The translations under genes and the position numbers were made by a program. Below the pieces are notes generated by a model. It worked only from the letters and a program-made list of their open reading frames with translations, was not told the DNA's origin and did not search any database. From an uncultured Gemmataceae bacterium (lineage in GTDB: Bacteria > Planctomycetota > Planctomycetia > Gemmatales > Gemmataceae), in contig CAVVPN010000011.1 of the NCBI GenBank assembly GCA_963750165.1, forward strand, positions 1-64,000: a DNA stretch of 64,000 nt. Reading direction: 5' to 3'. This document shows positions 41,743-52,094 of the stretch, piece by piece. The number at the start of each line of letters is the position of its first letter. The stretch's first letter is position 1.

Positions 41743-44049
41743 ATGCGCGGCGCGGGGCTGGCTTCATTGGGGTTTGTGGTTTTGCTAAGCCTGGGGTGGA
41801 CGACCACTGCCGAACCGGGCGGCGGCGACGGCAAGGGCGTCCGCAAGCCGTTCGGTCTGGAGAAGCGCGTGCCGTGGACGACTTCCAGAGTTCTCGGCTC
41901 GCCGGAGCCGCCGCCGCCGTACCGCACAGAACCGGCGTTCCCGAAGTTACCGAAGTTCGAGGAACCGCTTGACCTGACCTTCGCGCCGGGCACCAACCGC
42001 CTGTTCGTCGCCGGCCGCTGGGGCAAAATCTGGTCGTTCGTCAACAAGCGCGATGTCGAGAAAGCCGACCTCGCTCTGGAGCTGAAGACGAAGGGCGGCG
42101 GCAAGCAAATCATCTACGGCTTCACGATCCACCCGCGGTTCAAGGACAACGGCTATCTCTTTGTGACCTGGATTCCCGACCCGTCGAAGGAGAGGCAGCC
42201 GAAGGGCGCGCGTGTGTCGCGCTTCACGGTCAAGGGCGAGCCGCCGGTGATCGACCGCGCTTCGGAGAAGGTCATTTTCGAGTGGCCCAACGGCGGCCAC
42301 AACGGCGGCTGTCTGAAGTTCGGTCCAGACGGCTGCCTCTACCTGGCGACCGGCGACGGCTCCGGCATCGCGGACCAACTCAACATCGGCCAGGACCTCG
42401 GCAGTGTTTTCGCCAAGCTGCTGCGCCTCGACGTGGACAACGCGCCGCCTGGTCAGGGTTACGCCGTCCCGAAGGACAATCCGTTCGTCAAGATCAAGGG
42501 CGCCCGGCCCGAGGTTTATGCGTATGGGCTGCGGCAGCTGTGGCGCTTCAGCTTCGACCGCAAAACCGGCGACCTGTGGGGCGGCGAGGTCGGCCAGGAT
42601 TTGTGGGAGATGATTTACAAGATCGAAAAAGGTGGCAATTACGGCTGGTCGGTGATGGAGGGCACGCACCCGTTCCGGCCGGAGCGCAAGAAGGGACCGA
42701 CGCCGATCCTCAAGCCGGTGGTCGAACATCCGCACTCCGACTTCCGCTCCATCACCGGCGGCTTTGTCTATCGAGGCAAACGCCTGCGCGAACTGAGCGG
42801 GGCGCACACTTACATCTATGGCGATTTCGATACGGGCAGAATCTGGATGCTCGAATTGCAGCCCTGGTCGTCCGTGAGGGAAGGTAAGACTGTGCACGTG
42901 GTCGGCAATCACCGGGAACTCGCCCGCACCACTTATCGCATCGTCAGCTTCGGCGAGGATGCGGCCGGCGAACTCTACTTCCTCGACTTCACCGGCGGCG
43001 GCATCCATCAACTCGTCAAGGCGCCGGTCGCGAAACCGCAAGCGAAGTTTCCGCGCAAGCTCAGCGACACCGGCATCTTCACTTCCACCAAGGACCACAA
43101 GGTCGCGCCCGGCGTCATTCCGTATTCGGTCAACGCCCAGCTCTGGGGCGATCACGCTGCCAAGGAGCGCTTCCTCGCCATCCCCGGCAACGGTCAAATC
43201 GGCTTCGACGAGATCACGTATCCGCAACCGTCGCCCGGCGCCCCGCCCGGCTGGCGCTTCCCCGACGGCACCGTGCTCGTGAAGACCTTCAGCATGGACA
43301 TGGAGCGCGGCAATCCCAAAAGTCGCAAACGACTGGAGACACGCATCCTGCATTTCCAGCAGTTCCCCGGCACGCAGGAATACGGCGACCAGTACTGGCG
43401 CGGCTACACCTACGTCTGGAACGACGAGCAGACCGACGCCGAGCTGCTCGACGCCGCCGGGCTCGACAAGATGCTGAAGATCAAGATCGGCGACAAGACC
43501 GTGGAGCAGAAGTACCGCTTCCCGAGCCGGGCCGAATGCACCCTCTGTCACACGAACGCCGCCAAGTTCGCGCTCGGCGTCAGCACGCTGCAGATGAACC
43601 GCGATCATAACTATGACGGCGTGATTGCCAACCAGCTGGCGACGCTGAATCACATCGGCCTGTTCACGAAGAAGTTGCCCCAGACGCCGGACAAACTGCC
43701 CAGGCTCGCGGACTTCCACGACGAGAGGCAACCGCTGGACGTGCGCGCCCGCTCATACCTGCATTCCAATTGCAGCCATTGCCACATGAAATGGGGCGGC
43801 GGCAACGCGGAGTTCAAACTGCTGGCGACGCTGCCGTTGAATGAACTGGGCGTCGTCAACGTCAAGCCAGCGCACGGCGACTTCGGGCTCAAGGGGGCCA
43901 AACTGCTGGTGCCGGGCCATCCGGAACAGTCGATCATCCTCAACCGCATGGAGCGCACCGGCCTGGGCCGTATGCCGCACATCGGCTCGCACGTGCCCGA
44001 CGAGAAGGCGGTGCGGCTGATCCGCGACTGGATCAAGGACGTGAAGTGA
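41743..44049 (+). CDS. PQQ-dependent glucose/sorbosone dehydrogenase family protein with a C-terminal diheme cytochrome c region
   Basis: HNGGCLKFGPDG, YAYGLRQLWRFSFD and GGNYGW; CTLCH and CSHCH. Confidence 0.9.
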   Translation: MRGAGLASLGFVVLLSLGWTTTAEPGGGDGKGVRKPFGLEKRVPWTTSRVLGSPEPPPPYRTEPAFPKLPKFEEPLDLTFAPGTNRLFVAGRWGKIWSFVNKRDVEKADLALELKTKGGGKQIIYGFTIHPRFKDNGYLFVTWIPDPSKERQPKGARVSRFTVKGEPPVIDRASEKVIFEWPNGGHNGGCLKFGPDGCLYLATGDGSGIADQLNIGQDLGSVFAKLLRLDVDNAPPGQGYAVPKDNPFVKIKGARPEVYAYGLRQLWRFSFDRKTGDLWGGEVGQDLWEMIYKIEKGGNYGWSVMEGTHPFRPERKKGPTPILKPVVEHPHSDFRSITGGFVYRGKRLRELSGAHTYIYGDFDTGRIWMLELQPWSSVREGKTVHVVGNHRELARTTYRIVSFGEDAAGELYFLDFTGGGIHQLVKAPVAKPQAKFPRKLSDTGIFTSTKDHKVAPGVIPYSVNAQLWGDHAAKERFLAIPGNGQIGFDEITYPQPSPGAPPGWRFPDGTVLVKTFSMDMERGNPKSRKRLETRILHFQQFPGTQEYGDQYWRGYTYVWNDEQTDAELLDAAGLDKMLKIKIGDKTVEQKYRFPSRAECTLCHTNAAKFALGVSTLQMNRDHNYDGVIANQLATLNHIGLFTKKLPQTPDKLPRLADFHDERQPLDVRARSYLHSNCSHCHMKWGGGNAEFKLLATLPLNELGVVNVKPAHGDFGLKGAKLLVPGHPEQSIILNRMERTGLGRMPHIGSHVPDEKAVRLIRDWIKDVK

Positions 44050-44099
44050 GCCGGACGGTTGCCGTGGAGATTTCCGAAGGGTTACGAGGAGGGCGAGTC

Positions 44100-46172
44100 A
44101 TGAGAGCATTGCACGTGCGTTCGCTGTCGTTGGTCGCCGTCCTGGCGGTGGTCCTGGGAGGTGCGTTCGCCTGGGAAACCGTGGGGGCGCAACCGGGCCC
44201 CGCGGGGAACAAGATCATCCCACGTCAGGAGCTGTTGGAGCGCTTCGACAAGCTCACGCCGAAGGACCGGCTGCAACTGGTCGAGAAGTTGCCGCAGGCC
44301 GCGAAGGAGTTTCAGCCGGCCGAGCGCGGCGACGTGGTGCTGATGGTCATGGCCCGCGGCACCCTGGAGTCCTCGAAGAACACCGACATTTACTGCACCG
44401 TCAAGCCGCGCGGCTTCGGCAACACCGTCGCCACCACGATCCGCTGGGTCATCGACAACGGCACGCGCGTCCAAAAGGGCGACCTCCTGGTCCAGCTGGA
44501 CGACGCCGACTTTCAGGAGCAAAAGACGGAGCAAAAGCACCTGCTGGACCTCGCGAGACTTGACGTGGAGAAGGCGGACGAGGATCTGAAACGGGTTGAG
44601 AAAGAGAACAAGCTGAAGGTGCGCCAGGGGGAGATCGGGCTGCGCCTCGCGGAACTGGCGTCGAAAAAGTATGCTGGCAACGACCCCGACGAGCGGGAGG
44701 CCCTGGAACTCCGGATCGAACAGGCTCGCCTGGGGCTCGAACTGGTGAAGGCCGGTGTCAAAACGCTGGAAATTTATGCCCGGAAGGACATTCTCGTCAA
44801 CAGGTCTCGCGCCATTGAGGCGGAGGCGCGGTTGCGGCAGACCGAGGAGCAGATCAAGGCGTGCAAGATCGTCGCACCGCAGGACGGCGTGGCGATGTAC
44901 TACGTTCCGGAGAACGTGCGCGGCGGCTCTGCCTCGCAACCGGCGATCGTCCCGGGCGAGCCGGTGCGCATGGGCCAGAAATTGCTGCAAATCCCCGACC
45001 TGAGCAAGATGCTCGTCATCGCCCGCGTTCCCGAGGCCCTCGTGTCCTACGTGCGTGGCGCCACCCCCGGCGACGCGGCCAGCCGACAGCGCGCTTTCAT
45101 CCGCGTGGACGCCTACCCCAAAAACGTCCTGCCGGGCTATGTAAGGGTGGTGGACACGGTCGCCACGCCGCAGGACATTTTTGCCTCGGACGTGAAGTAT
45201 TACAAGACCCTGGTCCAGCTGGAGAAGGTGCCGCCCGGTCTGAAGTCCGGCATGTCGGCCGAAGTCGCCATTGCGGCGGCGCGGCGGGCCGGAGTGGTGC
45301 GCGTGCCGGTGCAGTCCGTCGTGCGCGCCGGCAAGGAGCGCTACTGCTACGTCAAGAGCGACGGGGGGATTCAGAAGCGATCGGTGACGCTGGGGCTGGC
45401 CAACGAGGTGGTGGTGGAGGTCGCGGAAGGCGTCAAGGAAGGAGAAGTGGTCCTGCGCGACCCGCATGGCGTGCTGCGCCGCCTGAGCGCATTCTTGGCG
45501 GCGCCGGCCAAGGGCACCAACCTGCTGCGCGTCCACAGCGAGTTGACCAAGGAAATGCAGGGAAAGTCGCGGGCCTGGGTCAACACCTACGGCCTGACGG
45601 ACGCGGACCTGAAGCGGATCGCCGCCCTGCCGGCGGTGACGCAGGTGGTGCCGGTGCGCCGCTTCCCGCAGGTGGTGCGGCACCTGAACCGGGTCCACAC
45701 CGGGCTCATCATCGGCACCACGCCGGCGTTCGCGGACCTGTTCGGGCTGCGGCCGCAAGACGGCCGCTTCCTGACCGCGACGGACGGGGCCGACGGCAAC
45801 AACGTGGCGGTGCTCGGTGCCGTCGCGGCGGAGGCGTTGTTCCCCGACGGCGCGGCGGTGGGCCAGGTGGTCACCGTGGGCAAGGAGGCGTTTACCGTGG
45901 TTGGGGTGTTGCAGGATCAGGCCCCCGGCGGGGTGTTCGCGTTCGAGCTTGACCGCAGCGTGTTCGTGCCGCTGTCCACCAGCCGGTCGCGCCTCGGTGA
46001 GCGCGTCATTGTGCAGCACGACGGCTATCGCACGGGTGAGGCGGTGCAGTTGCACGACCTTTATGTGACGGTCGCGGGGCCGCAAGACGTTGCCGGCACC
46101 CGCGCGGCCATCCACACGTTGCTCGAAGATTTCCACCAGCAGAAGGACTGGATCATTCAGGCGGGCGGGTAA
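44100..46172 (+). CDS. MacA/HlyD-type periplasmic adaptor fused to a MacB periplasmic core domain
   Basis: Lipoyl halves VQKGDLLVQLD and IVAPQDG; coiled coil; GLKSGMSAEV; then IIGTTP, GRFLT, VAVLG and FTVVGVL. Confidence 0.85.
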   Translation: MRALHVRSLSLVAVLAVVLGGAFAWETVGAQPGPAGNKIIPRQELLERFDKLTPKDRLQLVEKLPQAAKEFQPAERGDVVLMVMARGTLESSKNTDIYCTVKPRGFGNTVATTIRWVIDNGTRVQKGDLLVQLDDADFQEQKTEQKHLLDLARLDVEKADEDLKRVEKENKLKVRQGEIGLRLAELASKKYAGNDPDEREALELRIEQARLGLELVKAGVKTLEIYARKDILVNRSRAIEAEARLRQTEEQIKACKIVAPQDGVAMYYVPENVRGGSASQPAIVPGEPVRMGQKLLQIPDLSKMLVIARVPEALVSYVRGATPGDAASRQRAFIRVDAYPKNVLPGYVRVVDTVATPQDIFASDVKYYKTLVQLEKVPPGLKSGMSAEVAIAAARRAGVVRVPVQSVVRAGKERYCYVKSDGGIQKRSVTLGLANEVVVEVAEGVKEGEVVLRDPHGVLRRLSAFLAAPAKGTNLLRVHSELTKEMQGKSRAWVNTYGLTDADLKRIAALPAVTQVVPVRRFPQVVRHLNRVHTGLIIGTTPAFADLFGLRPQDGRFLTATDGADGNNVAVLGAVAAEALFPDGAAVGQVVTVGKEAFTVVGVLQDQAPGGVFAFELDRSVFVPLSTSRSRLGERVIVQHDGYRTGEAVQLHDLYVTVAGPQDVAGTRAAIHTLLEDFHQQKDWIIQAGG

Positions 46173-46375
46173 AGCGGACAGTTGCCCTGGAGATTTCCAA
46201 AGGTTCTACGAGGAGGGCGGGTCATGAGTGCCTGGCGTACGAGCGCGCTGTCGTTGGCCGTGCTCCTGGTGGTGGCCCTGGGAGGCTCGCTCGCCTGGGA
46301 GTGGGCCAGTGAGCAACCGAGCCCCGCGGGGGATCAACACGCTCTCAGCCTGAAGCGCTTCGACCTGCTGACGAA
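46173..46375 (+). pseudogene. Diverged duplicate of the leader and N-terminus of the preceding gene
   Basis: gttgccctggagatttcc...acgaggagggcgggtcATGAG parallels 44050-44260; the peptide matches through RFDxLT and then diverges. Confidence 0.75.
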
Positions 46376-46523
46376 AGCGGCGGGGAATTCCAGACGCCGG
46401 GCAAGCGCTCCATGCAGAAAGTTCAGCAAGACTGCGCCGTTTTCGGAGGAAATCCGTCAGGCGGTCTGCTAAGCTGGCGCGTCGTCAGCGCTCGCCGTCT
46501 CGTGCAACAACAAGGAGCCGCCA

Positions 46524-46898
46524 ATGTCCGCCCCCGTCGTGCCGGAAGGGTCCAAGGTCAAGCTGTCGGTCATCAAGGGCCTGCGTGTCGGCAAGAACTA
46601 CGCCCTGAAAGAAGGCGTCACCTACGTCGGCCGCAAGGGGCCGCTGGCGGTGGACGTGGACCTGACCGACCAGGAGAATCCCGGTGTGGCCGTCAAGGTC
46701 AACCGCTTTGCCCTGATCTGGTTCGACAAGAACGGTTTGGGCATCGCCGACACCGGCCGCCGCGTCACCGCCATCAACGGCACGCCCATCGCCTCCGGCA
46801 AGCGCTTCCCGCTCAAGGGCGAGGACACCCTGAAGTTCGGCAAGACCGTTCTGCAGGTCAAGGTCATCCTCAAGAAGAGGACGGCCGCCCAGAAGTGA
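46524..46898 (+). CDS. Stand-alone FHA-like domain protein (degenerate)
   Basis: TYVGR...DVDLTDQE...INGT...EDTLKFGKTVLQV fold pattern. Confidence 0.8.
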   Translation: MSAPVVPEGSKVKLSVIKGLRVGKNYALKEGVTYVGRKGPLAVDVDLTDQENPGVAVKVNRFALIWFDKNGLGIADTGRRVTAINGTPIASGKRFPLKGEDTLKFGKTVLQVKVILKKRTAAQK

Positions 46899-46925
46899 GC
46901 GCTGCCTCTCGCCGGTCCTGGCTTT

Positions 46926-46993
46926 GGCGAGCAGCGCGGCGTCAGCCCGCCGGTGCTGGGAAGTACCGACGGGCTGACGCCGCGCCGCTCGCC
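46926..46993. repeat. REP doublet, same family as 41538-41649
   Basis: ggcgagcagcgcggcgtcagcccgccggt ... accgacgggctgacgccgcgccgctcgcc. Confidence 0.85.
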
Positions 46994-47023
46994 GTGGTGT
47001 TCTCTGGAGCTAAACGGAATCCT

Positions 47024-47866
47024 TTATTCTTCGATGCGCCCCAGCAAGCCCGGGGCGGCCTCCCCGCCGGCGCCGTTACCGCCGACCACGAGCGCCGGCC
47101 ACGCCTGCGGCCCGGTCAGCGTCGCCCGCTGCACCACGAACGCCACCTCCGCCGGCAGCGCTGCCGCCGGGGCCTCGAGTTCCGCCCCGATCAGGCCAGC
47201 CGTCCGCAGTTCCGCCAGCGCCAGCCACGGCGGATGTAGCAGTTCGCCGCACAGCACCCAGCCCAGCACCGACGCCCGGCCACGCAGCCGCAGCGCCGCC
47301 GCCACGTCCGCCGCCGTCCGCAACCGGCCGAGCACCAGCAGCCCGAAGCGATCCGCCACGTCCCAGGGTTGCGTCACCCCGTCGCGCACATCGGTCAGCA
47401 GCAGGTTGACGCCGCGGTCGTGCAGCGCCCGGGCCTCGTCCTCGGTGAGCGTTTCGCGGCGGACGCCGTGCAGCGGCAGTGGTTTGCCGTTGACGCGCAG
47501 CCCTGGCGGCCCGATTTGCAGCACGCGCAGTCCGTGGCTGACCCGCACCTGATCGTAACGACGGCCGTCCTGCCACAATTCCAGCGGGCCATCGTACAGG
47601 AACGGCGTCTGCGGCTCCCACAGGCTCGGCTCGGGGATCAGGATGCGGGCCTGGTAGCCGCCAGCGGCGCCGAGCGCCGCCGGCAGCGGCCGCAGCGGGT
47701 AGGCGATTTCCACGGTGGCGGCGTAGGGGCAGCGCGGCCCCATCAGGCGGCCGCGGACCTCGACAGCCGCCGCGTCCGGTTCGGTCTGGAGTGCCACCCA
47801 CAGTTCCGCCTCGGCCGGATTGAGGCGGTGGTTGGCCAGGCGCACGGCACGGATGCGGGGGTTCAT
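47024..47866 (-). CDS. Degenerate glycoside hydrolase family 2-like protein
   Basis: PEPSLWEPQTPFLY, GLR, LRVNGKPLPLHGV and ADRFGLLV resemble GH2; too short for a full enzyme. Confidence 0.65.
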   Translation of the reverse strand: MNPRIRAVRLANHRLNPAEAELWVALQTEPDAAAVEVRGRLMGPRCPYAATVEIAYPLRPLPAALGAAGGYQARILIPEPSLWEPQTPFLYDGPLELWQDGRRYDQVRVSHGLRVLQIGPPGLRVNGKPLPLHGVRRETLTEDEARALHDRGVNLLLTDVRDGVTQPWDVADRFGLLVLGRLRTAADVAAALRLRGRASVLGWVLCGELLHPPWLALAELRTAGLIGAELEAPAAALPAEVAFVVQRATLTGPQAWPALVVGGNGAGGEAAPGLLGRIEE

Positions 47867-47870
47867 GGTG

Positions 47871-48899
47871 TCACACGATGAGCATCGCGTCTCCGTAACT
47901 GTAAAACCGATAGCGCTGGTCCACGGCGGCCTGATACGCTCGCCGCGTCAGCTCGACGCCGGCGAAGGCGCTGACGAGCAGCAGCAGACTGGTGCGCGGC
48001 AGGTGGAAGTTGGTCACCAAGGCGTCCACAGCGCGGAAGGCGTAGGGCGGGTAGATGAACAGGTCCGTTTCGCCGCTCCAGGGCCGCAGCGGGTCGGCCG
48101 CAGCCGCTGTCTCAAGCACGCGCACCGCCGTGGTGCCGACCGCGACCACACGACCGCCACGCCGGCGGCAGTCCGCGATGGACGCGACCGCCTCGGCGGA
48201 CAGTTCGCCCCACTCACGGTGCATGCGATGCTGCGTCACGTCGTCCGCCTGGATCGGCTGGAAGGTGCCGCGGCCGACGTGCAGGGTCACGAACGTCCAG
48301 CCGACGCCGCGCTGCTGCAGGCGGTCGAAGAGTTTCGGCGTGAAGTGCAGGCCGGCGGTGGGCGCGGCGACGGCGCCGGCGTGGCGGGCGTAGACGGTCT
48401 GATAGCGATCGCGGTCGGCGTCGGCGGCGCGGCCCTTGCGGATGTACGGCGGCAGCGGCACCTGGCCGTGCTGGGCCAGCAACTCGACCGGACTGCCCGG
48501 CAGGCTCGGCTGCGCCAGCCAGGTGCCGTCCGGCGTTCGGCGGAGCAATTGTAGTTGCAACGGCCCCGGTTCGACCTCGATGGTTTCATCGGCGACGAGG
48601 CGGCCGCGCGTCTGGCACAGCAGCTCCCAGGCCCCTTCCATTTCGCGCAGGAACAATCCTTGCCACTTGCCGCCGGTGCGGCCGCGACGGCCGAGCAGCC
48701 GGGAGTGCAGGACGCGCGTGTCGTTGAGTACGAGCAGGTCGCCGGGCGCCAGCAGGTCGGGCAGGTCGCGGAAGACGTGATGGCTCAGGGTGGCGTCGGC
48801 ACGGCGGACGAGCAGCAGGCGCGAGTGGTCGCGCGGCTCCAGCGGTTGCTGGGCGATGAGGTCGGGCGGCAGCAGGTAGTCGAACGCATCGAGCTGCAT
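47871..48899 (-). CDS. queA: S-adenosylmethionine:tRNA ribosyltransferase-isomerase
   Basis: FDYLLP, NDTRV, PLPPYI, YQTVYA, AAPTAGLHF, TNFHLP and YRFYSYGDAM. Confidence 0.97.
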   Translation of the reverse strand: MQLDAFDYLLPPDLIAQQPLEPRDHSRLLLVRRADATLSHHVFRDLPDLLAPGDLLVLNDTRVLHSRLLGRRGRTGGKWQGLFLREMEGAWELLCQTRGRLVADETIEVEPGPLQLQLLRRTPDGTWLAQPSLPGSPVELLAQHGQVPLPPYIRKGRAADADRDRYQTVYARHAGAVAAPTAGLHFTPKLFDRLQQRGVGWTFVTLHVGRGTFQPIQADDVTQHRMHREWGELSAEAVASIADCRRRGGRVVAVGTTAVRVLETAAAADPLRPWSGETDLFIYPPYAFRAVDALVTNFHLPRTSLLLLVSAFAGVELTRRAYQAAVDQRYRFYSYGDAMLIV

Positions 48900-48987
48900 G
48901 ACGACCGATCAATGACTCCGCCTGCCGCCACTGGCGGCGCAGCGTTCCCCCGCTACGCCACCAGCGGCAGAACGAAAACCGCTCCGC

Positions 48988-49579
48988 TCATTTAAAGCCC
49001 TTGATCCAGTTATCGAAGCCCGCCTTGTTCTCTGCCATCGTCTTGGCGGGGCCGGTCAGCGTGATGAAATACGGCCCCTTCTCGCTGTCGAAGACGACGC
49101 CGAAACGGCGGAAATCGCGCTTCCGCTGGGTCTTGGCGTTGGGGTCGAATGGCGGGTTCTTGTACAGGAAGGTGCCGCGCACGTCCAGGTAAGTCACCGC
49201 GACGTTGCCGACCTTGAACTTCTCGACCCTGGACATCTCGTCGATGGTCTTGTCTTCGGGCGGCACGAAGAAGCCTTTCCAGCGCTTGATGTTGTCATCC
49301 ACGTCACCGCCGCCGCCCTGGCCGAAGTAGAAGACCACCAGTTCGGCGTCCTCCAGATCGCCCTTGGCCTTCGGCACACGATACTGGTAGGCGCGGAACT
49401 TGTTGCTGGGCTTCTCCATCTTCCAGCCAGCCGGCAGGCGCGATTTCAAATCGTCGAGCGTGATCTCATCGCCCTTTTTGTCGCCGGCCTTCTGCGGCTC
49501 GGCGGTGCTCTCGCTGGAGTCCGCCGCGCAGGCCCAGCGCCGCGCAGCCCAGCACGATCAGCCCCAGTATGCGTTTCAT
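48988..49579 (-). CDS. Exported hypothetical protein (possible lipoprotein), frameshift near 49535
   Basis: MKRILGLIVLGCAAL joins ACAADSSES...LKSRLPAGW if one G is removed; GGDVDDNIKRWKG. Confidence 0.75.
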
Positions 49580-49879
49580 CAATAGCGCTCCTTCCCGTGA
49601 CAGCGTTGGCAGGTCAGTCCCCTGTCAGTTAATGCCGCCGCGCCGGCGCCGGCAAGGGGCTGAGGAGATGGCTCCAGATCACGTGCGAGTACGGCGCGGC
49701 CATCGACCTGACCGAGCTGGGGTCGCCGACCATCCATTTCGCGTCGGCGAGCCGTGTGACGAGGAAGTCCCGCTGCATGGCAACCTTGGTCTGTTTGACG
49801 TTGCGGCGGTCGCGCACGAGGCGATTGAAAGACAGGCATTGCCTCTTTCTCCCTGTCACCCTGTCACCTTGTCATCTTG

Positions 49880-50713
49880 TCATCCTTCCCGGACTCCCAC
49901 GAGCGGCAGATCACGGGCCAGCGCCCACGCCTCCCACTCGGCGGCGGTTCGGGTCAGGAACGCCTGTTGCAATTGCTCGCGGTCGGGGACGGTCAGGCCC
50001 AGTTCGCGAGTCAATCGCTCCCAGAAGTGCGGCTCCAGCGCGGCGACGGCGACCCAGCCTGTGCGCGCCCGGTAGAGGTGGTAGCCTGGAAAGGCGCCGC
50101 CCAGGACGCCGTTGGGCGTGGTCAGGCCGTACCGCAGCGGTGCGGCGAAGTCCTCCGCCGCCTCCGCCAGACTGACGTGGGCGAATCCGGCCCCCTGGCC
50201 GCGCTCGCGCCCCAGCAGCAGGGCCAGGGCCGTCGTGACGACGCGCTCCGCCCCAGCCAGGTCGGCCAGGCAGGTGCGCGGCAGTCCGGGCGGCTCCACC
50301 AGGCCCGCCAGCGCCTGATAGGTCAGGTCGTGTCCGGGGAGGTCTTCGCGCGGCGATGGGTAGCCCATGATTGCCACCTGGCAGAGGCGCGGGTGACGGG
50401 CGTGCAACGCGGCCCAGTCGAGCCCCAGCCGCGCCAGCGCCGCCGGCCGGGTCGCGGTGAGCAGCAAGTCCGAATGGGCGAGCAGGGCTTCCAGCTGGCC
50501 ACGGCCCTCGCCTCCCTTGAGGTCAAGTGTGTGGATGGTCTGGCCGCGGTGGAGCAACTCATACCATTGCGGCAGAACGCGGCCGAGCGGGTCCCCCGTG
50601 GGCGGTTCCACCTTGACCACCGTGGCGCCCAGCCGGCCCAGGTGCGCCGCGGCCAGCGGTCCCGGCAGGTTGACGGCGAGCGTGAGCACCTGGATTCCCT
50701 CAAGCGGTTTCAT
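49880..50713 (-). CDS. CaiB/BaiF family CoA-transferase
   Basis: PLEGIQVL, LPGP, GATVVKVEPPTGD, LDLK and GHDLTY. Confidence 0.9.
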   Translation of the reverse strand: MKPLEGIQVLTLAVNLPGPLAAAHLGRLGATVVKVEPPTGDPLGRVLPQWYELLHRGQTIHTLDLKGGEGRGQLEALLAHSDLLLTATRPAALARLGLDWAALHARHPRLCQVAIMGYPSPREDLPGHDLTYQALAGLVEPPGLPRTCLADLAGAERVVTTALALLLGRERGQGAGFAHVSLAEAAEDFAAPLRYGLTTPNGVLGGAFPGYHLYRARTGWVAVAALEPHFWERLTRELGLTVPDREQLQQAFLTRTAAEWEAWALARDLPLVGVREG

Positions 50714-50906
50714 GAGACTTCTCCGCAGCGCACCACCGGGGAGCCTGGAGGCGCACCCTGAAGCTCGATCCGCGCTTGGCGCGTTCAGTTACCCGAGTCC
50801 ATAATGGTTGGGCCTTGCACCCTTCCGCCTCGCTCCCCGGAGACCGCCCATGCGCGCCACCGTCAGCCTCGTGTCGGGTCGCGCCAGTCTGTTGCCGCAA
50901 CGCGCT

Positions 50907-52094
50907 CTAAATCACCCCCAGCTCCTTGCCGACGCTGCGAAAGGCCTCGACCGCCTGCTGCAACTGCTCCGGCGTGTGCGCCGCCGACAGCTGGATGCGA
51001 ATGCGTGCCTGGCCCTGCGGCACTACCGGGTAGCTGAAGCCGATCACGTAAATGCCGTGGTCGAGCAGTCGATCCGCCATCTTCGCCGCCAGCGCCGCGT
51101 CGCCGAGCATCACCGGCAGAATCGGGTGCTGACCGGGCTTGACCGTGAAGCCCGCCGCCTCCAGGCCCGTCCGCAGTGCCTGCGCGTTGGCGTGCAGCCG
51201 GTCGCGCAGGTCGCTGCTGCTGGCCACGAGGTCCAGCGCCCGGAGCGTCGCGGCGATGATCGGCGGCGGCACCGCGTTCGAGAACAGGTACGGCCGTGAC
51301 CGCTGCCGCAACAGCTCCACCACCTCCTGCCGCGCACAGGTGAAGCCGCCCGCGGCGCCGCCGAGTGTCTTGCCCAGCGTGCTTGTGATGATGTCGATGC
51401 GCTCCAGACAGCCGAGCTGCTCCGCACTGCCGCGGCCGCCCGGCCCCAGGATGCCCGTCGCGTGACTGTCGTCCACCATCACGACGGCGCTGTACTTCTC
51501 CGCCAGGTCGCAGATCGCCGGCAGCGGCGCCAGCGAACCATCCATCGAAAACACGCCATCCGTCGCGATCAGCCGCAGCCGCGCCCCGGCCGCTTCTTTC
51601 AGGCGGCTTTCCAGGTCGTTCACATCGCAATTCTTGTAGCGCAGCCGCTGCGCCTTGCACAGCCGGACGCCGTCGATGATGCTGGCGTGGTTCAGCTCGT
51701 CGCTGATGATCGCGTCGGCGTCGGTCAGGATCGTCTCGAACAGGCCGCCGTTGGCGTCCCAGCACGAGCTGTACAGGATGGCGTCGTCCTTGCCGAGGAA
51801 TTTGGCGACGGCGCCTTCCAGCTGCTTGTGCAGGTCCTGCGTGCCGCAGATGAAGCGCACCGACGCCATGCCGTAGCCGTAGCGCCGCAGCCCCTCATGG
51901 GCGGCCTCGACAATGGCGGGGTGGTTCGCCAACCCCAGGTAATTGTTGGCGCAAAAGTTGATGACCTCGCGGCCGCCGACACGGATCGCGGCGCCCTGCG
52001 GCCCCTGCAACTGCCGCTCGCGCTTGTAGAGGCCCTTCGCCTGCAAGTCCGCCAGCTGCACCCGCAACTGCTCGCGCAACGCCTGATCGCTCAT
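50907..52094 (-). CDS. kbl: Glycine C-acetyltransferase (2-amino-3-ketobutyrate CoA ligase)
   Basis: [40 protein letters not shown] and [12 protein letters not shown]. Confidence 0.95.
   Translation of the reverse strand: MSDQALREQLRVQLADLQAKGLYKRERQLQGPQGAAIRVGGREVINFCANNYLGLANHPAIVEAAHEGLRRYGYGMASVRFICGTQDLHKQLEGAVAKFLGKDDAILYSSCWDANGGLFETILTDADAIISDELNHASIIDGVRLCKAQRLRYKNCDVNDLESRLKEAAGARLRLIATDGVFSMDGSLAPLPAICDLAEKYSAVVMVDDSHATGILGPGGRGSAEQLGCLERIDIITSTLGKTLGGAAGGFTCARQEVVELLRQRSRPYLFSNAVPPPIIAATLRALDLVASSSDLRDRLHANAQALRTGLEAAGFTVKPGQHPILPVMLGDAALAAKMADRLLDHGIYVIGFSYPVVPQGQARIRIQLSAAHTPEQLQQAVEAFRSVGKELGVI

Noticed and set aside
49629..49859. Small minus-strand ORF
   Set aside because: No motif or clear start, and it overlaps a repeat tract; not supportable.
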